Assembly: GCF_035084215.1 (NCBI RefSeq)
Contig: NC_090357.1
Location: 19,034,001-19,098,000, forward strand
Length of the DNA: 64,000 bases
From: Heptranchias perlo
Taxonomy: Eukaryota
Direction of reading: 5' to 3'
Under the pieces are notes generated by a model. That model was given only the letters and a program-made list of their open reading frames with translations. It did no database searches and was not told the DNA's origin. Shown one piece after another: positions 55,501 to 63,599 of this stretch (the stretch's first letter is position 1; each line of letters begins with the position of its first letter). The position numbers and the translations under genes were made by a program.

Positions 55501-58500
55501 CACCTGTTTTGCACTCATTAATATCAATGGATGGGAAATCAAGGGTAGCATACCTGCAATTTTCCAATAAAAAGCCTGCTACATGTGAGACTGCACCAAT
55601 ACTGCTTGGCCTTGGAAAATTCTACCCTTCCAGTTCTTGGCAGCATTCAACAGGAAATTCAGTGGCAGACACCTCCTATTAATAGGATTGTTACGATAAA
55701 CTAAATTTACCATCTTTACTGCATTTAAATAGGATTGTTTGGTATCTTGTATCTTAAAGCTGCAGAGCCCATCTATTTTTTTTTGTTCGGTCATGGGACG
55801 TGGACGTCGCTGGCGAGGCCGGCATTTATTGCCCATCCCGAATTGCCCTTGAGAAAGTGGTGGTGAGCCGCCTTCTTGAACCGCTGCAGTCCGTGTGGTG
55901 AAGGTTCTCCCACAGTGCTGTTCGGAAGGGAGTTCCAGGATTTAGTTCCAGTTAGGTTTCTGGTCAATGGTGACCCCCAGGGTGTTGATGGTGGGGGATT
56001 CGGCGATGGTAATGCCGTTGAATGTCAAGGGGAGGTAGTTGGACTCTCTCTTGTTGGAGATGGTCATTGCCTGGCACTTGTCTGGCGCGAATGTTACTTG
56101 CCACTTATCAGCCCAAGCCTGGATGTTGTCCAGATCTTGCTGCATGCGGGCATGGACTGCATCATTATCTGAGGGGTTGCTAAAGCAACTGAACACTGGG
56201 CAATCATCAGCGAACATCACCATTTCTGAACTTATGATGGGGGGAAGGTCATTGATGAAGCAGCTGAAGATGGTTGGGCCAAGGACACTGCCCTGAGGAA
56301 TGCCTGCAGTAATGTCCTGGGGCTGAGATGATTGGCCTCCAACAACCACTACCATCTTCCTTTGTGCTAGGTATGACTCCAGCCACTGGAGAGTTTTCCC
56401 CCTGATTCCCATTGACTTCAATTTTACTAGGGCTACTAGGTGCCACACTCGGTCAAATGCTGACTTGATGTCAAGGACAGTCACTCTCACCTCACCTCTG
56501 GAATTCAGTTCCTTTGTCCATGTTTGGACCAAGGCTGTAATGAGGTCTGGAGCCGAGTGGTCCTGGCGGAACCCAAACTGAGCATCGGTGAGCAGGTTAT
56601 TGGTGAGTAAGTGCCGCTTGATAGCTCTGTCAATGACACCTTCCATCACTTTGTTGACGATTGAGAGTAGGCTGATGGGGCACTAATTGGCCGGATTGGA
56701 TTTGTCCTGCTTTCTGTGGACAGGACATACCTGGGCAATTTTCCACATTGTCGGGTAGATACCAGTGTTGTAGCTGTACTGGAACAGTTTGGCTAGAGGC
56801 GCGGCTAGTTCTGGAGCACAAGTCTTCATCACTTCAGTCGGGGTGCTGTCGGGGCCCATAGCCTTTGCTGTATCCAGTGCATGCAGCCGTTTCTTGATAT
56901 CACGTGGAGTGAATCAAATTGGCCGAAGACTGGCTTCTGTGATGGTGGGGATATCGGGAGGAGGCTGAGATGGATCATCCACTCGGCACTTTTGGCTGAA
57001 GATGGTTGCAAACACTTCAGCTTTGTCTTTTGCACTCACGTGCTGGACTCCGCCATCATTGAGGATGGGGATGTTTACAGAGCCTCCTCCTCCCGTTAGT
57101 CGCTTAATTGTCCACCACCATTCACGACTGGATGTGGCAGAACTGCAGAGCTTTGATCTGATCCGTTGGTTGCGGAATCGCTTAGCTCTGTCTATAGCAT
57201 GTTGCTTCCACTGTTTAGTATGCATGTAGTCCTGAGTTGTAGCTTCACCAGGTTGGCACCTCATTTTTAGGTATGCCTGGTGCTGCTCCTGGCATGCTCT
57301 TCTACACTCCTCACTGAACCAGGGTTGATCCCCTGGTTTGTTGGTAATGGTAGAGTGAGAAATATGCCGGGCCATGAGGTTACAGATTGTGCTGGAATAC
57401 AATTCTGCTGTTGCTGATGGCCCAGTTTTGAGCTGCTAGATCTGTTCTGACGGTGATAGTGCCACACAACATGTTGGATGGTATCCTCAGTGCAAAGACG
57501 GGACCTCATCTCCATGAGGACTGTGCGGTGGTCACTCCTACCAACACTGTCATGGACAGATGCAGCTGCGACAGGTAGATTGGTGAGGACGAGGTCAAGT
57601 AAGTTTTTCCCTCGTGTTGGTTCGCTCACCACCTGCCACAGGCCCAGTCTGGCAGCTAGGTCCTTCAGGACTCGGCCAGCTCGGTCAGTAGTGGTGCTAC
57701 CGAGCCATTCTTGGTGATGGACATTAAAGTCCCTCACCCAGGGTACATTCTGTGCCCTTGCTACCCTCAGTGCTTCCTCCAAGTGGTGCTCAACATGGAG
57801 GAGGACTGATTCATCAGCTGTGGGAAGGCGGTAGGTGGTAATCAGCAGGAGGTTTCCTTGCCCATGTTTGACCTGATGCCATGAGATTTCATGGGGTCCA
57901 GAGTCAATGTTGAGGACTCCCAGGGCCACTCCCTCCTGACTGTATATCACTGTACCACCACCTCTGGTCGGTCTGTCCTGCCAGTGGGACAGGATATATC
58001 CAGGGATGGTGATGGAAGAGTCTGGGACGTTGGCTGAAAGATATGATTCTGTGAGTATAGCGATGTCAGGCTGTTGCTTGACTAGTCTGTGGGACAGCTC
58101 TCCCAATTTTGGCACCAGTCCCCAGATGTTAGCGAGGAGGACTTTGCAGGGTCGACTGGGCTTGGTTTGCCTTTGTCGTATCCGGTGCCTGGTGGTACGA
58201 TGCTGGGTGGTCCGTCCGGTTTTATTCTTACTATGACTTTTTTTTAGCAAGATTTTACAACTGAGTGGCTTGCTTGGCCATTTCAGAGGGCAATTAAGAA
58301 TCAGCCACATTGCTGTGGGTCTGGAGTCACATATAGGCCAGACCGGGTAAGGACGGCAGGTTTCCTTCCCTGAAGGACATTAGTGAACCAGATGGTTTTT
58401 TATGACAATCTGGTAGTTTCATGGTCACCATTACTGATACTAGTATTTTAATTCCAGATTTTATTTAATTAATTGAATTTAAATTCCCTAGCTGCCATGG

Positions 58501-61500
58501 CGGTATTTGAACTCATGACTCCGGATTACTAGTCCAGTAACATAACCACTATGCTACCGTACCCTAAAATATTTGTCATAAAATATTTATGATGGATGGG
58601 TAGAGTATCGGTTGAAATATTTTCTTTTAGTACCAATCCTTATAAACACGATGGAGATCAACTTCATATATACATGATGTTATGCCGTTGTCCCCTGCCC
58701 TTTTTCCCTTCGTTCCTGTGATTATGGAGCCAGAACTCGGGGCAAAGAGCAGAACTCATTTCAATCTCTTATCAGCTGAGATAGCATGCTGTAGTTTCTA
58801 GGCTACTTTAGCTGCTACCTATCAATACTTAAAATAGAAGTCTTGCATCTAGCATATCTGCCTCTACTTGTACCTAGTTGGCTGAAATATAATTCATGGA
58901 GTGGTGGAAGAGAGCTGATGCTTTCAATAGCTCAAACCACAGAGTCCCTAATCTAAACTACAAGGCTGAACAGAGACCGGGCACTATCACCCAGGGAGAC
59001 AGGGTGGGAAAATTAGAGTGAAAATCATTGTGGAGCTCCTGTTATGCATTCTCATGAAGGCCTTGTTACTGATGGACTGGCCAAGTTCTGGGAGCTGGTC
59101 ATCCAGTCCCCTTCTTGGCAATGGGTCAAACACGGTGTAGGAACTCCAATTGGGAATGAAGTGAAACGTTATTATCAAAATGTAAATTTTTTTAAAAGGT
59201 TGAATTTGGAATTACCACTTAGTGCCAATCATCAATGATATTATTCTACTTTTACACAATATGAGTTAAAATCTCCGGGCCCTTGGCCATGCCACAAGCA
59301 TGCATTGTACATTGTGGGCCCAGTGCCAGCAATTTTTCATTCATTCATTTCAATAGATCAATTTTCTGATGTACAACAACAACTTATATACCGCCTTTAA
59401 CATAGTAAAACATCCCGAGGCGCTTCACAGGAGTGTTTTCAGGCAAAATTTGACACTGAGCCACATAATGAGATATTAGGATAGGTGGTCAAAGAGATAG
59501 GTTTTAAGGAGCATCTTAAAGGAGGTAGCGAGGCAGAGAGGTTTAGGGAGGGAATTCCAGAGCTTAGGGCTTAGGCAGCTGAAGGCACGGCTCAAGAATT
59601 GGAGGAACATAGAGAACTCGCAGAGTTGTAGGGTTGGAGGAGGTCATAGAGGTGAGGAGAGGCAAGGCCACAGAGGGATTTGAAAACAAGGATGAGAATT
59701 TTAAAATTGAGACGTTGCCGGACCAGCAGCCAATATAGGTCAGCAAGTACAGGGGTGGCGGGTGAACAGGACTTGGTGCAAGTTAGGATACTGACAGCAG
59801 AGTTTTGGATGAGCTCAAGCTTATGGATGATGGGAGATGGGAGGCCAGACAGGAGAGCATTGGAATAGTCATGTCTTGAGGTAACAAAGGCATGGGTGAG
59901 GGCTCAGCAGCAGATGAGCTGAGGCAGCGGCGGAGACGGGCAATGTTACAGAGGTGGAAGTAGGTGGTTTTGGTGTGGTCGAAAGCTCATCTCAGGGTCT
60001 AATAGGACACCAAGGTTGCAAATGGTCTGGTTCAGCCTCAGACAGCAGCCAGGGAGAGGGTTGTTGTCGGTGGCTGGGAAATGTGTTTATGGCGGGGACC
60101 GAAGACGATGGCTTCAGTCTTCCCAATATTTAGTTGAAGGAAATTTCTGCTCATCCAGTCGGACAAGAAGTGTGACAAATCAGAGACAGTGGAGAGAGGT
60201 GGTGTTGGGTGCGGAACCAGCCGTTTTGTTTTCTGATGATGTCGCCGAGAGGCAGCGCATAGATGAGAAATAGGAGGGGACCAAGGATAGATACTTGGGG
60301 GCTCCAGAGTTAACGATGCGGGAGCTGAAAGAGAAGCCATTGCAGGTGATTCTCAGGCTACAACTAGATGGATAAGAATGGAACCAAGCGAGGGGAGTCC
60401 CACCCAGCTGGACGACAGAGGAGAGGCATTGGAGCAGGATGGTGTGGTCAACCAATAAAATAAAAAATTTTCTCACCGATTCGATGGATAACTAGTAGAA
60501 AATTACATGTAATCCAAATAGTACACAGCACAAAACTCAAAATGAAATCATTAGCCTAAACAATTAAATAAATCTTTGAATAACTACCATTTACCATCAA
60601 CACAGCTATTTTGATCAACTGCATTAGATTATCACCAGTGCTCTTAAAATTTGTTGCTTTCTCTGACAACTGAGTTTCTCATGATGTCAATACATCAGTG
60701 TATGTAACACAATAAAACACCTTGACTGCATCCATTGGTTATCATTCATTATTGTATCACTCCTCCTGTATCAGGGGCAGCATTTAATGATGTCAGGAGG
60801 CACTGCCAACAGGTTGTGATGCGTGGCATGTACCCTCTCATCCTGAACCTTTACTCTTTGCATGGCAACTCTCAGATCTGTTTCCAACATTGAAAAGCAT
60901 TTTTCTGAAATCTCCTGTTGGATATATTCATTGGAATTTCTTTACAACTAACTGTTTAGCACACTTTTTGTTCAGTTTAGTTGTAATTTGTTGATCATAC
61001 GACTTAGTTTTGAGTTCTGATGAAGGTTTCAAACCAAAACATTAACCTGGCTTTTCTCTTCACAAATGCTGACCTGCTGTGTATTTTCAACATTGCAAAT
61101 TGTTTTCGTTTCATTGGATTATTCATTTTACCTTATTGGTCATATAATGGAATAATGGGACACCTCTAAGTATTTAGAATACTAACTGGAACTGGACAAA
61201 GTCTCAAAAAGGTAACTGAGCATGAAGGTAACATAAACAAGCATGAAACTATAACCAATCCAGTAATCTTAAAGAGTAATGTTTTAACAATTGTAAAACT
61301 GACTTATATCTTGTGGTCTGCATGGAACAGACAATGAGAGTGAAAGAGATACAAAATCCATTTCAGTGATGCCCTTCATACCTCACTCATGATCCCCTCA
61401 CTATTGACTCTACAACAGCAAGTCATCCCTAACCAGGTACATAGAACATAATTCAAAACACGAGTGCTGATTTACCTCTTGCATTCTTCTAGGCAGCAAT

Positions 61501-62896
61501 ACAATTAGCTTAAATAAGCTGGTTCTATATTGGATGTGCTTGTTAATAGTGTATGTTTCCGTAAATGGTTTGGTACAAAAGTTGTTGCGTCCATAATTAA
61601 TACACACTCAGTCCGTATACTGTAGATCTATAAAAAGTCACTGTCGTTCTACTTATTACAAGATATGCAAATACTTTACCATAAATCTGTATCCGTGTTC
61701 CTTGTCCTTTTCTCTCTAACGGCGGGTAGACTATCGGTACCTTCACCACACAGACCGAACTATAATTAGAGTGACCATAAGAAACATTTTCAATCTTCAG
61801 TGATGCAACACAGCGGCTAAAGCCACCCTGAGCAACGTCAGGAATGCAAGTCGGTTTATTCTCTTCATAGTGAATAGTAGGGAATCCTGGAGATCTCGTG
61901 TACCAGGCTGTACGGACCCAGTCACTATCATTTCCACGATAATTAAATGTACAGTTTATAATGACTGACTCTCCTCTCAGGACACTGACCAGACACGGCT
62001 GCAACACAGTCTCAACAAGCGGGAAACCTGATGGAATAAAATAAGTTTGTCATTTTCAGTTTGGGTCCAGTTAGTAATTCTTTTAACATAAATGGGAAAC
62101 GTCAAAAACTAAATTTAAACAATGCTGAATTTTAAATATTGTTTCTATTGGATCTGATATAAATAACTGTTAAAATATTTGTATTCTTTTCCAGCTTTAA
62201 TTCTAAACTATGTGACAGTTTGAGATCTGATATTCTGCAGTAATGTTCTTTTACTATGTTGAATTTGGAGATGCCGGTGATGGACTGGGGTTGACAATTG
62301 TAAACAATTTTACAACACCAAGTTATAGTCCAGCAATTTTATTTTATTTTTAGCTTGTGAATTTAAAATAAAATTGCTGGACTATAACTTGGTGTTGTAA
62401 AATTGTTTACAATATGTTGAATTTGTTGTTTTCTATATAAACCGTCCCAGACTGATCAGGATGTTGCCACAAGATCTTGTTTCCAGTTCTGTGAACTCGA
62501 TGGTATCATTGAGCACTGTTCAATGAATGACCCACTTTTACTCAAGCTCCACACAACTTTAAATAATCCGACCCTTGTCGCAGTGTAAAGATTCACAATC
62601 AATAAATACTCAAATTATTACCTCAACCTAAATGTAAGTTATGGAGAGGAGACTGAACCCAACCAACGTGATGTGGGGCTTTGAACAATAATCTTAAAGT
62701 GTCCAAATGACACGGCTCTTTCTAACTTAGACTCTCTCTGCAGTTACACAGTCACAGAAAAATGCTGAAGTATTTTAAAAGGGGAATAGGATGCCTCTAA
62801 AATCCATATCCTAGCTCTACGTTAATTTACCGATCAGAGTGACTTACCTCGAACTCCTGTTTGTAAAATCAAAAACAGCTTCAGCAAGAGTTGCAT
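4544..62896 (-). CDS. Multi-exon gene: type I IgSF receptor (SP-V-C1/C2-I-TM-ITSM/ITIM tail), putative inhibitory immune receptor; 3' end uncertain
   Basis: Nine exons joined by GT..AG introns with consistent phases (62848-62896, 61680-62027, 54407-54709, 52345-52665, 51718-51819, 17369-17396, 10654-10697, 4796-4852, 4601-4713) give a stop-free 455-codon frame; read-through of the last donor adds 18 aa to TAA at 4544-4546. One Ig domain per phase-1 exon is the standard IgSF layout. Confidence 0.85.
4601..4713 (-). CDS. Exon 9: cytoplasmic exon with YxN sites and ITIM-like VSYADI
   Basis: 82-nt intron, acceptor ttctttttatccccag; [38 protein letters not shown]; then either donor AAG|GTATTA to an unseen exon or read-through to TAA at 4544. 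Confidence 0.78.
4796..4852 (-). CDS. Exon 8: cytoplasmic exon with ITSM ([19 protein letters not shown])
   Basis: (CT)n upstream, acceptor tttgcag, donor A|GTAAGT, 57 nt, phase 1-1; TVYAEV fits ITSM consensus TxYxx(V/I). Confidence 0.8.
5860..8480 (-). mobile_element. Old LF-SINE-like element split by a CR1 insertion (halves about 5860-6112 and 8374-8480)
   Basis: cccagctgagaacagccaattca at 8387 is the degenerate reverse complement of tgagttagctgatct seen at 36433; boundaries approximate. Confidence 0.4.
6113..8373 (-). mobile_element. CR1 LINE (family A), 5'-truncated, decayed
   Basis: RT fragments [46 protein letters not shown]; (CATAAGAA)n tail at 6113. Confidence 0.92.
9885..10378 (-). 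mobile_element. CR1 3' fragment (distinct subfamily)
   Basis: ORF2 C-terminus [27 protein letters not shown]; cataggaacgtaggaa tail. Confidence 0.75.
10654..10697 (-). CDS. Exon 7 (putative 44-nt cytoplasmic exon, [15 protein letters not shown])
   Basis: T-rich tract ttttgttttattttgtctgttcaag (AAG acceptor, less common), donor CGG|GTAGGT; phase 2 to 1 restores frame into the ITSM exon. Confidence 0.6.
12415..14800. mobile_element. Highly decayed PIF/Harbinger transposon
   Basis: Minus-strand [22 protein letters not shown] (14190-14396) resembles the Harbinger transposase C-terminal CxxLHN motif; plus-strand remnant near 12825-12880 resembles the Myb/SANT gene start; ggccctgaaattcc terminus-like sequence at 12418. 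Boundaries approximate. Confidence 0.5.
15650..16080 (-). mobile_element. Old CR1 3' fragment
   Basis: Degenerate ORF2 end and 3'UTR ([24 protein letters not shown]). Confidence 0.7.
17369..17396 (-). CDS. Exon 6 (putative 28-nt cytoplasmic micro-exon, DPVNVSIEL)
   Basis: Very strong acceptor tttttctttctttctccag and donor GAG|GTGAGA; phase 1 to 2, complemented exactly by the 44-nt exon at 10654-10697. Confidence 0.65.
17880..20130 (+). mobile_element. CR1 LINE (family C), internally deleted
   Basis: Endonuclease remnant ([14 protein letters not shown]), jump near 18705, RT ([30 protein letters not shown]), (TTCTATGA)n tail. Confidence 0.92.
18407..18497 (+). mobile_element. LINE family B 3' tail inserted in CR1
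   Basis: Reverse complement of the family B 3' end with A-tail; 6-bp direct repeat ACTTCA at 18401-18406 and 18498-18503; removal restores CR1 GDFNYP. Confidence 0.8.
20718..21160 (+). mobile_element. tRNA-headed Deu-domain SINE (SacSINE1-like), decayed
   Basis: gctcagttggtag..gggttcaa head, gtta aagatcccatggcactattt..aagaagag core, L2-like tail; homologous to 23394-23830. Confidence 0.7.
21765..21935 (+). mobile_element. CR1 family C 3' end fragment
   Basis: Matches 19960-20130 including (ATTCTATG)n tail. Confidence 0.8.
22877..22981. mobile_element. Foldback MITE (Harbinger-like termini)
   Basis: Imperfect palindrome over its whole 105 bp (GGGGCCGAAATTCCTTGG versus reverse complement GGTCCTGAATTTCCTCGG); TTT on both flanks. 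Confidence 0.65.
23394..23830 (+). mobile_element. tRNA-headed Deu-domain SINE (SacSINE1-like)
   Basis: A box tggctcagagg, B box ggttcaagttc, core ctgtctttcagatgaaatgttaaac..caggtggatgtaaaaga, tail ggctgtaaagcgttttgggacatcctgaggtc. Confidence 0.8.
25435..25865 (+). mobile_element. tRNA-headed Deu-domain SINE, decayed
   Basis: Collinear similarity to 23394-23830. Confidence 0.7.
29560..30060 (+). mobile_element. LF-SINE-like element interrupted by a Deu-SINE/L2 tail (about 29850-29965, minus)
   Basis: tagctgatctc motif and body similar to 36350-36725; insert matches 63600-63710. Confidence 0.45.
30098..30443 (+). mobile_element. tRNA-headed SINE sharing head and tail with LINE family B
   Basis: aaaaacccaactggttccctaatgtccttcagggaagggaacctgcc matches the reverse complement of 58355-58402; tail gcaataaatctggtcttgccagcattgtccatatccca matches the family B 3' end. 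Confidence 0.75.
30687..30748. repeat. Two-copy tandem duplication (30-bp unit, period 32)
   Basis: CTTTGCCTTGCATCCGTTTCATTCACAGAC at 30687-30716 and 30719-30748. Confidence 0.9.
32187..34845 (-). mobile_element. CR1 LINE (family C), decayed, hosting a nested CR1
   Basis: RT fragments [30 protein letters not shown]; 3'UTR split at 32262/32913. Confidence 0.9.
32263..32912 (-). mobile_element. CR1 family A 3' fragment nested in family C 3'UTR
   Basis: (CATAGAAA)n tail; [29 protein letters not shown]; ATCCA repeated at both junctions (32258-32262, 32913-32917). Confidence 0.88.
35310..35445. mobile_element. MITE with about 40-bp TIRs
   Basis: GTGAAATTGGACATGGG(TG/CA)GAGACACAAAACAGG inverted at the two ends; CAA on both flanks. 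Confidence 0.8.
36350..36725 (+). mobile_element. LF-SINE-like element
   Basis: tctgtgctgagttagctgatct motif, recalled from LF-SINE consensus; needs RepeatMasker confirmation. Confidence 0.5.
38091..38203. mobile_element. Harbinger-type MITE
   Basis: TIRs GGGGTAGAAAT / ATTCCTACCCC, 3-bp flanking duplication ATT, CpG-rich interior. Confidence 0.7.
41821..43622 (+). pseudogene. Harbinger Myb/SANT-like DNA-binding protein gene, 3 exons, frameshifted
   Basis: [24 protein letters not shown] / [29 protein letters not shown] (frameshift near 41900), donor GTGAGT at 42060, exon 2 with RTGGGPP (about 42352-42508), acceptor ttctcttgcag at 42625, second frameshift near 43175, basic C-terminus [10 protein letters not shown]. 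Confidence 0.8.
43810..44175 (-). pseudogene. Harbinger transposase N-terminal remnant, catalytic DDE region absent
   Basis: [18 protein letters not shown] joined to [33 protein letters not shown] (HARBI1-type helix-turn-helix region); no DGT/GDxGY motifs follow. Confidence 0.75.
46454..46829 (+). repeat. Local duplication copy 1 (of 48831-49222)
   Basis: About 375 bp collinear with 48831-49222, roughly 90% identical by eye. Confidence 0.92.
47612..48529. repeat. 24-bp minisatellite (CAGACACTCCCAGCTCTGTGCCAT)n, about 38 copies
   Basis: Head-to-tail units with 23-bp and substitution variants; degenerate units also at 46897-46995; explains the 8-aa repeat ORFs. Confidence 0.97.
48831..49222 (+). 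repeat. Local duplication copy 2 (of 46454-46829)
   Basis: Same sequence; here it continues into an old CR1 3' remnant to about 49460. Confidence 0.92.
49461..49975 (-). mobile_element. CR1 family A 3' fragment
   Basis: (CATAAGAA)n tail; [34 protein letters not shown]. Confidence 0.92.
50025..50322 (+). mobile_element. LINE family B internal fragment
   Basis: [27 protein letters not shown], as in ORF 55942..56649. Confidence 0.88.
50325..51240 (-). mobile_element. Old CR1 RT remnant
   Basis: [19 protein letters not shown]; degenerate VDFQKAF region near 50850. Confidence 0.7.
51718..51819 (-). CDS. Exon 5: transmembrane segment [34 protein letters not shown]
   Basis: Acceptor ctctttcacag, donor G|GTAAAA, 102 nt, phase 1-1; long hydrophobic run then WKK stop-transfer. 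Too short for the ORF track. Confidence 0.9.
52345..52665 (-). CDS. Exon 4: Ig I/C2-set domain
   Basis: Acceptor tctttactgatag, donor G|GTAAAT, 321 nt, phase 1-1. (Y)GP start, [29 protein letters not shown]. Confidence 0.93.
52745..54240 (-). mobile_element. L2-type LINE, internally deleted
   Basis: (CAA)n tail with L2-like 3' end, endonuclease remnant [27 protein letters not shown]; purine-rich plus strand. Confidence 0.75.
54407..54709 (-). CDS. Exon 3: Ig constant-type (C1/C2-like) domain
   Basis: Acceptor tcctctcccgcag, donor T|GTGAGT, 303 nt, phase 1-1. [21 protein letters not shown] (C-x-x-x-H of C1-like domains). Confidence 0.92.
55433..55627. mobile_element. Decayed MITE
   Basis: GGTGGAATTTCTAAAGCC versus reverse complement GGGTAGAATTTTCCAAGGCC; central CATTAATATCAATG near-palindrome. 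Confidence 0.5.
55776..58564 (-). mobile_element. LINE family B with intact 5' end (tRNA-like head, single EN-RT ORF, decayed)
   Basis: Head 58564-58495 with A box TAGCATAGTGG and B box GTTCAAATAC; ORF from 58310 runs into APE endonuclease ([20 protein letters not shown]) then RT (MFADD); about 470 bp missing at 55941; A-tail at 55776. Confidence 0.9.
59372..60453 (-). mobile_element. L2-type LINE 3' part
   Basis: [37 protein letters not shown]; 3' end matches 52745-52980. Confidence 0.85.
61680..62027 (-). CDS. Exon 2: Ig V-set domain with J-like GQGT motif
   Basis: Acceptor ttttattccatcag, donor G|GTAAAG, 348 nt, phase 1-1. VIINCTF (B-strand Cys), AWY (C-strand Trp), SLKIENV (E strand), [24 protein letters not shown] (F-G); overlaps track ORF 61597..62007. 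Confidence 0.92.
62268..62412. mobile_element. Penelope-derived inverted-repeat insertion with 13-bp TSD
   Basis: 50-bp perfect inverted repeat (62297-62346 / 62364-62413); flanking direct repeat TATGTTGAATTTG (62255-62267, 62413-62425). Confidence 0.85.
62848..62896 (-). CDS. Exon 1: signal peptide [16 protein letters not shown](G)
   Basis: ATG at 62896, 49 nt, hydrophobic core, strong phase-1 donor GAG|GTAAGT; joins the V exon in frame (G+GT=Gly). Confidence 0.85.
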
Positions 62897-62899
62897 ATT

Positions 62900-63160
62900 T
62901 CACTGTTTCTGAACTTTCCTAAAGCTGTTTAAACTCTTGACTTGTAACCAGTTACCGTGTTGCTCCCGTCGTATTTTAGACATACGTGCGGGTGCTCCGC
63001 CCAGTAAATAATCCGCATTTCACCCCCGGACCGGCATAAACTGCGAAATGCCATGAGTTTTGCCACAGTAAGGGAGGAAGTTACGTGGGAAGCGAAGAAA
63101 GGTTTTTTTTCTGAGTAATGGTTCAGCCGAGTTCTACCAGATGACGAGGATCCGTGTGAA
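62900..63160 (-). promoter_or_regulatory. Likely 5'UTR/proximal promoter of the IgSF gene
   Basis: Non-repetitive, locally CpG-enriched stretch directly upstream of the ATG, with an ETS-type GAGGAAGT at about 63074-63081. TSS not determinable. Confidence 0.4.
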
Positions 63161-63599
63161 GAAAGTTAAGATCTGACAGTGTCTGTCAAATAAATCGGAA
63201 TCCCACCACAGTATGCAAGATAGTTTCTGCTTCATGGAAACTGTATATCTGACCTGGAGTTCTGAATGCTACTTGGAATGACTTCGCTGCCACATTATCA
63301 CTTCAATTAGAATGCTGTGGACGTGCTACGAGTTTTACAACCACGGGTTTTTATTGCTTCAAATGATTATTTATTCCAGTTGATATTTTCTACCTGTAAA
63401 TACTTTTACAGAACAAATTCCTCACTTCCTAGAATTGCATCAGTTAAATTGATCAGAAGAATGTGTTTCTTTCTTTGCTGAAGTTACAAATACATGACAC
63501 TCCCCTGCCCAAGCAAAGCACAAAGGCTGCAGTGATCCTGCAGATAACAGTCTGCAGATTGGAGTTATACCACCTCAGTGCACCCCTCCAGCTCTTAGT

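Noticed and set aside
58495-58564. tRNA gene
   Set aside because: A/B boxes present but no proper acceptor-stem pairing or terminator; continues into retroelement body. Same for SINE heads at 20718, 23394, 25435.
914-58564. Intact autonomous retrotransposon
   Set aside because: Every LINE copy has stops, frameshifts or deletions.
61013-61047. Further hammerhead motifs here and near 62-97 and 24428-24464
   Set aside because: Catalytic cores mutated (GAAAC to AAAAC, CUGAUGA altered); treated as dead copies.
61680-62896. Rearranging TCR/Ig V segment
   Set aside because: V and J-like parts are in one exon ending in a splice donor; no heptamer/nonamer RSS, D or J clusters seen.
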